The notes under the pieces: generated by a model | Databases searched by the model: none | What the model was told of the DNA's origin: nothing | What the model saw: the letters and a program-made list of their open reading frames with translations, nothing else | Assembly: GCA_965248695.1 (NCBI GenBank) | Contig: CBDFKD010000002.1 | Span: 4,832,001-4,896,000, forward strand | DNA: 64,000 bases | From: Acidobacteriota bacterium | GTDB lineage: Bacteria > Acidobacteriota > UBA890 > WLXD01 | Reading direction: 5' to 3' | In this document: piece after piece, positions 1 through 9,307 of the stretch | Layout: every line of letters starts with the position of its first letter | How positions within the stretch are numbered: the first letter of the stretch is position 1 | Position numbers and translations under genes: made by a program

Positions 1-174
1 CTGCATGAGATCGAGATGTTCGATCTCGGTCTGGACTATACCCAACGGCTGGAGGGCCTCATAAGCCAGGTCGATGCCGAGGCCGTGCATGCAGCCGCGC
101 GCGAACTGCTGTTCCCCGACGCCTACGCGTTGGCGATCGCCGGGCCCTGGTCGCCGCCCACCGATGGAGCCTGA
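1..174 (+). CDS. C-terminal fragment of a probable M16-family peptidase (5' end outside window)
   Basis: Frame 1 reads LHEIEMFDLGLDYTQRLEGLISQVDAEAVHAAARELLFPDAYALAIAGP...*, resembling M16 (pitrilysin) C-termini; stop TGA 172-174. Confidence 0.6.
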   Translation: MHEIEMFDLGLDYTQRLEGLISQVDAEAVHAAARELLFPDAYALAIAGPWSPPTDGA

Positions 175-276
175 AATCGGGGCATCGGTGGCCTCGGCGG
201 CCGGCCGCGCGGCGCTGCCGACGAGAAGTCTCATCGAGTAAGGTATCCGGCGAGCAACCGAGACCCGGAGGTTCGC

Positions 277-1035
277 ATGGCCGCGCCGCTCGCCGACATC
301 GTCGCTTTCCTGGACCGGTACCTCGACATCGGAGCGATCCCCGACGCGTCGTTGAACGGCCTTCAGGTCGAGGCCGGCGTCGAGGTCGAGCGCATTGCGG
401 TAGCTGTAGACGCGGCGGCCGAGACGATCGCGTTGGCGGCCGACGCCGGCTGTCAGCTGATGATCGTCCACCACGGGCTTCTTTGGGGCGACCAGGCGCC
501 GATCAGCGGCCGCCTCGGCACCCGCGTCAGGCAGTCCTTCGCCCGCGGGGTATCGATCTACGCCGCCCACCTGCCACTCGACGTGCACCCGGAGGTGGGC
601 AACAACGCGTTGCTTGCTCGCGCCCTGGAGGCCGAGCCCGAAGCTCGCTTCGGCGACTATAACGGGCTGCAGATCGGCACCTTGGCGCGCCTGCAGGAGG
701 GGCTGCCGCTGGCCGCCCTGGCGGGTCGCCTCGCCGCCGTTGGTTGCGACGACCAGGTGATATGGGCCTTCGGCGCTGATGAGGTGAATACGATTGCCGT
801 GATTACAGGCAGCGGCTGTAGCGCGCTCGACGCAGCTGCGGCACTGAACGCCGACTGCTTCATTACCGGCGAGCCACGGCACTCTGCCTATCATGATGCC
901 TGCGAGGTCGGCCTGAACTGTATCTTCGCCGGCCACTACGCCACCGAGACGTTCGGCGTACGGGCGCTCGGTGACCTGATCGCGGCGCGCTTTGCGGTCG
1001 AGTCGCAGTGGATCGATGTTCCTACGGGTATCTGA
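277..1035 (+). CDS. Nif3-like dinuclear metal-centre protein (YbgI family)
   Basis: NGLQVE, IVHHGLLW, YAAHLPLDVHPEVGNN, ITGE and AGHYATETFG motifs; GGAGG upstream of ATG. Confidence 0.92.
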   Translation: MAAPLADIVAFLDRYLDIGAIPDASLNGLQVEAGVEVERIAVAVDAAAETIALAADAGCQLMIVHHGLLWGDQAPISGRLGTRVRQSFARGVSIYAAHLPLDVHPEVGNNALLARALEAEPEARFGDYNGLQIGTLARLQEGLPLAALAGRLAAVGCDDQVIWAFGADEVNTIAVITGSGCSALDAAAALNADCFITGEPRHSAYHDACEVGLNCIFAGHYATETFGVRALGDLIAARFAVESQWIDVPTGI

Positions 1036-1036
1036 G

Positions 1037-1921
1037 ATGAGCGACAGGGCGCGCGACGAACACGAGATCCGCCGTCTGGGGAGCGTCGACGAATACGTCG
1101 CCTGCGAGGATCTCCAGCGCCGGGCGTGGAATTTCGACGGTGACCTGGACGTTATCCCGCGCACTCAGCTGGTCGCCGCACAGGGCGCGGGCGGGATCGT
1201 GCTGGGAGCGTTCGATACGGCGGAGCGATTGGTCGGGTTCTGCTACGGGTTCCGCGGCGAGGACGCCCGGGGTCGACAGGTGCACTACTCGCACATGCTC
1301 GCGGTGGACGCGTCGATGCGCTCCAGCGGACTCGGTGCGCGCCTCAAGTGGGCCCAGCGCGAGCTGGCGCTGGAGCAGGGATTGAGGCTGATGGCCTGGA
1401 CCTTCGATCCGCTGCAGTCGCTGAACGCCTACCTCAACTTCAGCAAGCTCGGGATCATCGTCGAGAGCTACTACGAGAATCTCTACGGCGAGACCATCAG
1501 CGCCTTGCATCGAGGCTCACCGACTGACCGCCTACTGGCCAGCTGGCACCTCGAGTCAGCGCGGGTAGCAAATCGCCGGCGCGGCGAGCGTGGCGCGGCG
1601 GTGGACGAGATCGCGGCCGGCCGGGTCACCTTACCGGAGGCTTTGACGGGCGCGCCGGCGAGCCAGGGGCTTTCGATACCCGGCGCATCCGACCTCGACC
1701 TGGAAGCCGATCGGATCGCCTGTGAGATCCCGACTTCGATTCAGCAGGTCAGGGAGCTGGATCCCGAAGCGGTGTTGGCGTGGAGGATGGCAACGCGTCA
1801 GGTATTCCAGCACTATCTGAGCCGCGGCTACTACGTACGTGAGTGTGTTCGGGTGACGGCTCCGCCGCCGCGGACCCTGTTCATTCTCGAGCACGGGGAC
1901 CCCGAGGCGGCTCTCGTTTGA
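1037..1921 (+). CDS. GNAT-family acyltransferase (putative D-amino-acid N-succinyltransferase associated with NSAR)
   Basis: YSHMLAV...GLGARLKWAQR...WTFDPLQSLNAYLNFSKLG...NLYG...PTDRL signature; ATG 1037 follows the Nif3 stop. Confidence 0.8.
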   Translation: MSDRARDEHEIRRLGSVDEYVACEDLQRRAWNFDGDLDVIPRTQLVAAQGAGGIVLGAFDTAERLVGFCYGFRGEDARGRQVHYSHMLAVDASMRSSGLGARLKWAQRELALEQGLRLMAWTFDPLQSLNAYLNFSKLGIIVESYYENLYGETISALHRGSPTDRLLASWHLESARVANRRRGERGAAVDEIAAGRVTLPEALTGAPASQGLSIPGASDLDLEADRIACEIPTSIQQVRELDPEAVLAWRMATRQVFQHYLSRGYYVRECVRVTAPPPRTLFILEHGDPEAALV

Positions 1922-1949
1922 GATCGGCAGCCAGGTATCGGAGGAAGGT

Positions 1950-3077
1950 TTGAAGATCGAGGCGTTGGACCTGATTCAGATCCGGATTCCGCTCGTCGGC
2001 TGGTTCGAGATCTCACGCGGTGGCTTTGGCGAGCGCAACATCCTGCTCGTGCGGGCGCATTCGGAAGGGGCGTTCGGTTGGGGCGAGGCAGGAGCGGACC
2101 GGTTGCCCTTCTATACCTACGAGACCAACGGCACATGCCGGCATATCATCGAGGATCTGCTGGCCCCGGAGCTGTTCGATCTGGAGCTGCCGGAGGAGGG
2201 TGCGGCCATGGCCGTCGCCGCCCACATGACGAAATGGCCATGGCACCCGATGGCGAAGGCCGCCGTCGAAGAGGCCGTTTGGGACCTCGAGGCTCGCCGA
2301 CGCGGCGTGCCGGTACACCGCTTGTACGCTGGCGATCGGCCGGTCCGCGATCGCGTCATGGTCGGTATCTCACTCGGCATTCAACAGGATTTCGAGGTGC
2401 TCGCCGAGCAGATCGAATCGGCGCTTGCGCAGGGATACCGCCGCGTAAAGCTGAAGATCGCCAAGGGGATGGACGTCGAGGTCGTCGCCAAGGTGCGGGA
2501 AAGGTTCGGCGATATCCCGCTCATGGTCGATGCCAACTGTGCGTACGGGCGGGAAGACATCCCGCATATCGTCGAGCTCGACCGCTTCGGTCTGGAGATG
2601 ATCGAGCAGCCGTTCGAGTACGACGAGCTCGAGCTGCACGCCGAGCTCCAGGATCAGGTCGAGACGCCGATCTGTCTGGACGAGTCGGCCAAGACGCTGG
2701 AGGTCACCGAGCGCGCGCTGGATGCGAAGGCGGCGCGTATCATCAACATCAAGTGTTCGCGCATGGGCGGCCGGTCGGTTGGCATCGCGGCGCACGATCT
2801 GTGTGAGCGGCGGCAGATCCCGGTGTGGTGTGGCGGCATGCTCGAAGCGGGCGTCGGCAGGCTGCACAACATCGCCGTTGCCGCGCTGCCCAACTTCACG
2901 CTGTCCAACGACCTGTCAGCTTCCCGTCGGTACTGGGACCAGGACATCATCGATCCCGAGGTGGAGCTCGACGGCGATGGGCACGTGCGGGTGCCACAGG
3001 GACCGGGGATCGGTCACGAGGTCTGCGAGGAGCGCATCGAGCGCTATCTCGTCGAGCGTTGGACCCTGCGCGCCTAG
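1950..3077 (+). CDS. menC: o-succinylbenzoate synthase / N-succinylamino acid racemase (enolase superfamily)
   Basis: KLKI, MVDAN, MIEQP, LDES, INIK, VWCGGMLE and DLSASRRYW motifs; TTG start with GGAGG. Confidence 0.88.
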   Translation: MKIEALDLIQIRIPLVGWFEISRGGFGERNILLVRAHSEGAFGWGEAGADRLPFYTYETNGTCRHIIEDLLAPELFDLELPEEGAAMAVAAHMTKWPWHPMAKAAVEEAVWDLEARRRGVPVHRLYAGDRPVRDRVMVGISLGIQQDFEVLAEQIESALAQGYRRVKLKIAKGMDVEVVAKVRERFGDIPLMVDANCAYGREDIPHIVELDRFGLEMIEQPFEYDELELHAELQDQVETPICLDESAKTLEVTERALDAKAARIINIKCSRMGGRSVGIAAHDLCERRQIPVWCGGMLEAGVGRLHNIAVAALPNFTLSNDLSASRRYWDQDIIDPEVELDGDGHVRVPQGPGIGHEVCEERIERYLVERWTLRA

Positions 3078-3252
3078 CCACCCGCCGGCAGTCGTCGGGT
3101 CGAGTCTTGGCGGGTGACCCCGGTGCGTCCCGGGCGCCGAAGATGTGGAAGAATTAGAGGTCCTGCCTGCGGCCCCGCGCCGCACCCGCGGCGGTTCGAC
3201 CCGGTCATCACACGCTCCGAGCGTCGCCGCAACCAGCCAGAGGATGTCGCCC

Positions 3253-4632
3253 ATGTCCGTCGCGCCAGCGGGAATCTTCCGCGCCTACGACATCCGCGGC
3301 ATTGTCGGCGACGATGTCAACGCGGACGTGTTTCAGCGCATCGGGCGCGCCTACGGCACGCTGGTGGTCCGCAACGGCGGCTCGCGGGTCGTCGTGGGAC
3401 GCGATGGTCGCCTGTCGAGCCCGGAGCTTGCGGTGGCATTCGCCGCCGGAGTGAACGACGCCGGATGTGGGGTGCTGGACGCCGGCCTGGTGCCGACGCC
3501 GATGCTCTACTTCGGCATCCACCACCTGCAAGCGGATGGCGGCGTAGTGGTCACGGCAAGCCACAACCCGGCCGCCTACAACGGCCTCAAGCTGTGCCTC
3601 GGTACACGCACGCTGTTCGGTGACGACATCCAGGCCCTGCGAGCTGCGGTCGAAGCGGACGATGTGGACAGCGGCACCGGGAGCGTCGAGAGCATCGATC
3701 TGGTCGAGCCCTACGTCGACATGGTGAAGGAGCGCGTGCATCTCGAACGCCCGGTACGGGTCGTGATCGACGCCGGCAACGGTGTCGCCGGGATGATCGC
3801 CGCGCGCATGTACCGTGAGCTCGGCTGCGAGGTCGAGGAGATGTACTGCGATGTCGACGGCAACTTCCCCAACCATCATCCCGATCCCACCGTACCCGAG
3901 GCGGTCGAGGAGCTCGGGCGTCGTGTCGTCGACGGTGGCTTCGATCTCGGCTTGGGGTTTGATGGCGACGGGGATCGGGTCGGGGTCATCGACGAGGCCG
4001 GTGAGATCGTCTGGGGCGATCGTCTGACGATCCTGCTGGCGCGCGACATGCTGGAGCGCAACCCGGGTGCGACCGTGATCTTCGACGTCAAGTGCTCCAA
4101 GCTGCTCGGCGATGACATCGCGAGGCACGGCGGTCGACCGCTGATGTGGAAGACCGGGCACTCCTTCATCAAGCAGAAGATCCGTGAGGAGCGGGCGCTC
4201 CTGGCGGGCGAGATGAGCGGCCACCTGTTCTTCGGCGAGAACTTCTTCGGGCACGATGATGCGGTATATGCGGGCGCCAAGCTGATGGAGATCTACTCGC
4301 GGCAGGCCGGCGTTTTCTCCAGTCAACTGGATGACCTCCCCGAGGTGTTCTCGACGCCAGAGATCCGCCACCCGTCGACCGAGGAGCACAAGTTTGCGGT
4401 CTGCGAGCGCCTGCGTGACGATCTCGCCCGCGAATACGACATCGTGGCGATTGACGGCGTACGTTTGGAGCTCGATGACGGATGGGGGCTGGCACGGGCC
4501 AGCAATACGGGGCCGCAGATCATTCTTCGCTTCGAAGCACAGACGCCGGAGCGTCTCGACGAGATCCGACATCTTGTCGAGACTCGCCTCCATCGCGTGG
4601 AAGTGGAGCTGGGTGCGGTAGCGAGCGACTGA
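3253..4632 (+). CDS. manB: Phosphomannomutase/phosphoglucomutase (AlgC/ManB type)
   Basis: IFRAYDIRG, TASHNP phosphoserine loop, FDGDGDR, GEMSGH. Confidence 0.93.
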   Translation: MSVAPAGIFRAYDIRGIVGDDVNADVFQRIGRAYGTLVVRNGGSRVVVGRDGRLSSPELAVAFAAGVNDAGCGVLDAGLVPTPMLYFGIHHLQADGGVVVTASHNPAAYNGLKLCLGTRTLFGDDIQALRAAVEADDVDSGTGSVESIDLVEPYVDMVKERVHLERPVRVVIDAGNGVAGMIAARMYRELGCEVEEMYCDVDGNFPNHHPDPTVPEAVEELGRRVVDGGFDLGLGFDGDGDRVGVIDEAGEIVWGDRLTILLARDMLERNPGATVIFDVKCSKLLGDDIARHGGRPLMWKTGHSFIKQKIREERALLAGEMSGHLFFGENFFGHDDAVYAGAKLMEIYSRQAGVFSSQLDDLPEVFSTPEIRHPSTEEHKFAVCERLRDDLAREYDIVAIDGVRLELDDGWGLARASNTGPQIILRFEAQTPERLDEIRHLVETRLHRVEVELGAVASD

Positions 4633-5726
4633 TGATGGCCGACGACCACGATCCACACGCCTATGCCGTGATCATGGCTGGCGGTGGCGGCACCCGCTTC
4701 TGGCCGCTGTCGCGGCAGGACCGGCCGAAGCAGTTCTTGCCGATCGTGGGCGCCGACTCGATGTTGCGACAGACCTGGGATCGAACCGTAGCCGTGGTCG
4801 GCGATCCCGATCGCGTGCTGGTGGTCACCGCCGCGTCGTACGCCGATCTCACTGCGCAAGAGCTCCCGGAGCTACTGCCGGCCAATCTGTTGGCCGAGCC
4901 ACAGGCGCGCAACACCGCCCCGTGTCTCGCATGGAGCGCCGCGGTGCTGGCGCAGAGGGATCCCGAAGCGATCATGCTGGTCTTTCCGGCCGATCACGTC
5001 GTCGCTGATGTCGATGGCCTCCGCGACACGGCTGCCGCCGGCGCAGTGGCGGCGCGCGATGGTTACCTGGTCACTTTCGGCGTGCCCCCCAGGTACGCCG
5101 AGACCGGCTACGGCTACGTCGAGACCGGCGCGGCGCTGGAGCTGGCGGGAGGCTCGACCAAGCTGCCGATCAGCGCCGTGCTCGCGTTCAGAGAGAAGCC
5201 CGACGCCGACACCGCGGAGCGCTATGTGGCGGACGGCTCGTTCCTTTGGAACAGCGGGATGTTCGTCTGGGAAGCGCGTACGTTGCTCGCGGCGATGCGT
5301 CAGCATCTCCCCGACGCTCTGGAGGCGGCCAACGCGATGCTCGCCGCCACCACCGCTGAGAGCCGTGCAGAGGCCTACCGGGCGATGCCCGCCACCTCCA
5401 TCGACTACGGCATCATGGAGCGCGCCGACAATGTCGCGTGCGTGAAGGCGGCGTTCGACTGGTCCGACGTCGGCTCGTGGGAGGCGCTCAAGGAGCTGCT
5501 GGCAGGCGACGACCTGGGCAACGTCGTTCATGGCCAGGTGGTTGCAATCGACTCGGCAGACAATCTGGTGCATGTCTCCGACGATGTGGTGGCGCTGCTG
5601 GGAGTCGAGGGGCTCGCGGTCGTACGCGCCGGCGGCGTGTTGATGGTCGCTTCCCTGCAACGCTCCCAGCAGATCAAGGAGCTGCGCGACAAGGTAGCCG
5701 AAGCCACGCAGGACAGGTTTCTCTGA
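4632..5726 (+). CDS. manC: Mannose-1-phosphate guanylyltransferase
   Basis: IMAGGGGTRFWPLSRQDRPKQF, EPQARNTAP, FREKPD, WNSGMF, WSDVGSW; TGATG overlap with manB. Confidence 0.93.
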   Translation: MMADDHDPHAYAVIMAGGGGTRFWPLSRQDRPKQFLPIVGADSMLRQTWDRTVAVVGDPDRVLVVTAASYADLTAQELPELLPANLLAEPQARNTAPCLAWSAAVLAQRDPEAIMLVFPADHVVADVDGLRDTAAAGAVAARDGYLVTFGVPPRYAETGYGYVETGAALELAGGSTKLPISAVLAFREKPDADTAERYVADGSFLWNSGMFVWEARTLLAAMRQHLPDALEAANAMLAATTAESRAEAYRAMPATSIDYGIMERADNVACVKAAFDWSDVGSWEALKELLAGDDLGNVVHGQVVAIDSADNLVHVSDDVVALLGVEGLAVVRAGGVLMVASLQRSQQIKELRDKVAEATQDRFL

Positions 5727-5747
5727 TGTCCGACCGACGGTACATCC

Positions 5748-6971
5748 GTGCCTGAGCTGGCGCTGGTCGGCGGCGACCCGGTCCGTACGCAACCGTTCCC
5801 GCGCTCGCCCCAGGCCGGGGAGCGGGAGCGCGAGCTTCTGGGCGTGGTCTTGGATTCTGGCGACTGGGATAGCCGTCACGGGCAGTTCGTGCGGCGGTTC
5901 GAGGCCGAGTTCGCGGCCTTCCAGGGCGCCGGCTACGCGATCTGTGTGAGCAACGGCGAGGCTGCCCTACGCACGGCTCTCGATGCCATGGAGATCGAGC
6001 CCGGGTCGGAGGTCGTTGTCCCCGCCTATACGTTCGTGGCGTCGGCTACGGCCGTGCTACAGGCCGGGCTCGTGCCGGTGTTCGCCGATGTCGATCGACG
6101 CTCGTACGGTCTGGACGCGCGCGCCGTCGAATCGGTGTTGAGCGATCGGACGGCGGCGATCATGCCCGTTCATATCGGCGGTGTGCCGGCGAGCATGCGC
6201 CCGTTGCAGAGCCTGGCAGAGCGCGAGGGACTGGCCATCATCGAAGACGCGGCCCAGGCCTGGGGTTCGCGATACGACGGCGCTGGCCTGGGCACGATCG
6301 GCAAAGCCGGCGGCTTCTCCTTCCACGCCAGCAAGAACCTGACATGTGGCGAGGGCGGTGTCGTACTTACCAATGACGGAGATCTGGCGGAGCGCTGCCG
6401 GTCGGTAGCCAACAACGGCCGTGCGCCGGTAGGTGGCCGCTATACGCATGTCCGGCTCGGCGGCAACTTCCGCTTGTCAGAGTTCCAGGGCGCCGTCCTG
6501 TGCGCGGCGCTGGAACGCTACCCGGAGGAGCTCGAACGTCGCGCCGCCAACGCAGCACAGCTGCGCCAGGCCCTGCGGGAGGTCCCCGGGGTCATCTGTC
6601 AGGCGCTCCCACCAGGTACCGAGCAGTGCTCGTGGCACTTGCTCGTTGTTCGCATCGACAGCCGGGCCTTCGGCGGTGCTTCGAAGCGCGCCTGCGTGGA
6701 TGCGCTCGTCGCCGAAGGCATACCTGCGTCGGCGGGCTACGACGCTCCGGTCTACAGCCAGCCGCTCTTCGATGACACGCGTCGGGCGCCGCATCGGAGC
6801 GGCGACTGCGGTGTTGCCGAGCACGCCTGCGCGAGCGAAGCTGTGTGGGTCCGCCACACTGCGCTCCTCGGCAGCGTCGAAGACGCCTTGGACGTAGCCC
6901 GCGCCTTCGAGAAGGTTCAACGTCACGCCGCTGAGCTGGCACCAGCCGATCCGTTTCTGACGCCTCTCTGA
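5748..6971 (+). CDS. DegT/DnrJ/EryC1/StrS PLP-dependent aminotransferase
   Basis: PAYTFVASA, IIEDAAQA, FSFHASKNLTCGEGG, GGNFRLSEFQ. Confidence 0.9.
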   Translation: MPELALVGGDPVRTQPFPRSPQAGERERELLGVVLDSGDWDSRHGQFVRRFEAEFAAFQGAGYAICVSNGEAALRTALDAMEIEPGSEVVVPAYTFVASATAVLQAGLVPVFADVDRRSYGLDARAVESVLSDRTAAIMPVHIGGVPASMRPLQSLAEREGLAIIEDAAQAWGSRYDGAGLGTIGKAGGFSFHASKNLTCGEGGVVLTNDGDLAERCRSVANNGRAPVGGRYTHVRLGGNFRLSEFQGAVLCAALERYPEELERRAANAAQLRQALREVPGVICQALPPGTEQCSWHLLVVRIDSRAFGGASKRACVDALVAEGIPASAGYDAPVYSQPLFDDTRRAPHRSGDCGVAEHACASEAVWVRHTALLGSVEDALDVARAFEKVQRHAAELAPADPFLTPL

Positions 6972-7038
6972 ATCCCGCACGACGCGGCGCATATGCCATG
7001 TTGCGACGCCAAGCCCGGGCCATAGCCGAGAAATCTCC

Positions 7039-8427
7039 ATGACCGACGCGCCCACTCTGCAGAGCCTCGATTCGCTGGTGTCGTTGTGCAAGCGCCGTGG
7101 ATTCATCTTCCAGAGCAGTGAGATCTACGGCGGCCTCAACGGGTTCTGGGACTACGGTCCGCTCGGCGTCGAGCTTCGTCGCCGGGTGCTCGATCTCTGG
7201 TGGAGCCGCCTGGTCGTGCAGCGCGACGATGTCGTCGGGTTCGATGCTTCAATCATCATGCACCCGCGGGTCTGGGAGGCATCTGGCCACGTCGATTCGT
7301 TCTACGACATGATGGTGGACTGCAAGGAGTGCAACCGTCGATTTCGGCTCGACCACCTCATCCAGGCAGCCGTCGACGCCGGCGATCTCGGCAAGATCTT
7401 CCCGGGCTATGAGGGCGATACGCCTCCGTCGGACGGGTCCATCCCCAGTCGCTGCCCGGCTTGCGAAGGTGAGCTGACGGCGCCCCGTCAGTTCGGCCTG
7501 ATGTTCGAGACCCATGTCGGTGCGGCGGCCGATTCCAAGTCGGTCGCCTACCTGCGGCCGGAAACCGCCCAGGCCATCTTCGTGAACTTCCGCAACGTGC
7601 AGCTGTCGACACGCATGAAAGTGCCGTTCGGGATCGCCCAGGTCGGCAAGGCGTTTCGCAACGAGGTCACGCCGCGCAACTTCACTTTTCGCTCTCGCGA
7701 GTTCGAGCAGATGGAGATGGAGTTCTTCGTGCACGCTGAAGAGGAGCGCGAGTGGTTCGACTACTGGGTTGAGCAGCGGCATCGGTGGTACGAGGAGCTC
7801 GGTATCGGGTCGGAACGGCTGCGACTCCGAGAGCACACGTCCGACGAGCTGGCGCACTATGCGAGCTACACGACCGATGTCGAGTACCGGTTTCCCTTCG
7901 GGTGGGCCGAGCTGGAGGGCATCGCCAACCGCGGCTGTTTCGACCTGAGCCAGCATGCCGAGCACTCGGGCAAGGATCAGAGCTACTTCGATCCGGCGCG
8001 TAACGAAAAGTACGTGCCATCGGTCATCGAGACTTCCGCCGGACTCGATCGCACGGTGCTGACGGTGCTGGCGGATGCGTTTGCAGTCGACGAGATCGGT
8101 GGTCAGGAGCGCACCGTGCTGCGATTGGCTCCGCATGTGGCGCCGCGCCAGGTATCGGTGTTTCCGTTGGTCAAGAAGCTGGCACAGCCGGCGCACCAGC
8201 TGGCGGATACTCTGCGCGCGCGCTTTGGCGTCCTCTACGATGACGCCGGCAGCATCGGCAAGCGCTACCGCCGCGAGGACGAGGTGGGCACTCCCTTCTG
8301 CGTCACGGTGGACTTCGACACGCTCGAGGACAACGCCGTTACGGTGCGCGACCGCGACACCACGGAACAGGAGCGTGTCGGACTGGATGCCCTGCCGGGA
8401 TATCTCGGCGAGCGTCTCGGCGGCTAG
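7039..8427 (+). CDS. glyQS: Glycine--tRNA ligase, homodimeric (alpha2) type
   Basis: LCKRRGFIFQSSEIYGG, YLRPETAQAIF, FRNEVTPRNFTFRSREFEQME, GSIGKRYRREDEVGTP. Confidence 0.96.
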   Translation: MTDAPTLQSLDSLVSLCKRRGFIFQSSEIYGGLNGFWDYGPLGVELRRRVLDLWWSRLVVQRDDVVGFDASIIMHPRVWEASGHVDSFYDMMVDCKECNRRFRLDHLIQAAVDAGDLGKIFPGYEGDTPPSDGSIPSRCPACEGELTAPRQFGLMFETHVGAAADSKSVAYLRPETAQAIFVNFRNVQLSTRMKVPFGIAQVGKAFRNEVTPRNFTFRSREFEQMEMEFFVHAEEEREWFDYWVEQRHRWYEELGIGSERLRLREHTSDELAHYASYTTDVEYRFPFGWAELEGIANRGCFDLSQHAEHSGKDQSYFDPARNEKYVPSVIETSAGLDRTVLTVLADAFAVDEIGGQERTVLRLAPHVAPRQVSVFPLVKKLAQPAHQLADTLRARFGVLYDDAGSIGKRYRREDEVGTPFCVTVDFDTLEDNAVTVRDRDTTEQERVGLDALPGYLGERLGG

Positions 8428-8477
8428 ACAACATGCGGCAAGGCAACGTGCAACCGAATCCTGCTACGGGACGCTAG
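8424..8477. repeat. Degenerate remnant of the CTAG-ended element
   Basis: Starts at the CTAG of the glyQS stop; ends CTGCTACGGGACGCTAG (14/17 to the TIR end CTGCTACAGGCCACTAG) and contains AGGCAACGTGCA, like AGGCAACGTTCA in the TIR. Confidence 0.5.
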
Positions 8478-8517
8478 CCGACCATGCGGGCGTCACACAC
8501 CAGGAGGCGCGCTCGTC

Positions 8518-9237
8518 GTGGCGGCTCGCAAGCGTAGGCGCTCGCGCGCGCTGGCGACACAGCAGCTGGCGCTGGAGGCGTTGCACGATCGGCTCGCAGT
8601 GCTCTACGGGAAGCCGAAGCCCACACGGGCGCTGCCGCCGCTCGACGAGCTCGTCCTGACGATCCTGTCGCAGAACACTACCGATACGAACCGCGATCGC
8701 GCCTGGGAGCAGCTGCGCCAGCGCTTCCCCGATTGGGCCGGCGTGGCCGCCGCATCGCTACAAGCGCTCGAAGAGGCCCTACAACCGGGAGGATTGCAGC
8801 GCGTAAAGGCGCGGCGGATCCAGGAGACCCTGGTGCGTATCCACGACCAGCACGGAGCGTACGCTCTCGATCACCTGCGCGACATGGATCTCGAGGCGGC
8901 GCGCGCCGAGCTCAGCGACATCAAGGGCCTAGGCGCCAAGAGCGTCAACTGCATCCTGCTGTTCTCGCTGCGGCGGCAGGCGTTTCCAGTGGACACGCAC
9001 GTTTTCCGCGTCCTTCAACGGTTGGGCGTTCACCGTCAACGCGACCTCGGGCGAGCGAACGACGAGCTCCAGGATGCCGTGCCCGAGGGGGCGGCCTTTC
9101 CGCTGCACGTCAACGTCATCACTCACGGTCGCCAGGTATGCCACGCCCGGCGTCCCGAGTGCTGGCGGTGCGGGATAGAAGACCTGTGCGGCTTCGGCGA
9201 CAAGAACTTGGAGCCACCGGCCGCGACGAGACGGTAG
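8518..9237 (+). CDS. nth: Endonuclease III family HhH-GPD DNA glycosylase
   Basis: LVLTILSQNTTD, HhH IKGLGAKS, FPVDTHV, 4Fe-4S motif CHARRPECWRCGIEDLC. Confidence 0.85.
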   Translation: MAARKRRRSRALATQQLALEALHDRLAVLYGKPKPTRALPPLDELVLTILSQNTTDTNRDRAWEQLRQRFPDWAGVAAASLQALEEALQPGGLQRVKARRIQETLVRIHDQHGAYALDHLRDMDLEAARAELSDIKGLGAKSVNCILLFSLRRQAFPVDTHVFRVLQRLGVHRQRDLGRANDELQDAVPEGAAFPLHVNVITHGRQVCHARRPECWRCGIEDLCGFGDKNLEPPAATRR

Positions 9238-9307
9238 ACTGCCCGAGGTGCCGGGTGTGGCCGGCGTCACGGGGAGCCGGGGTGACCGAGCCGGCCTGGA
9301 GTATGCA

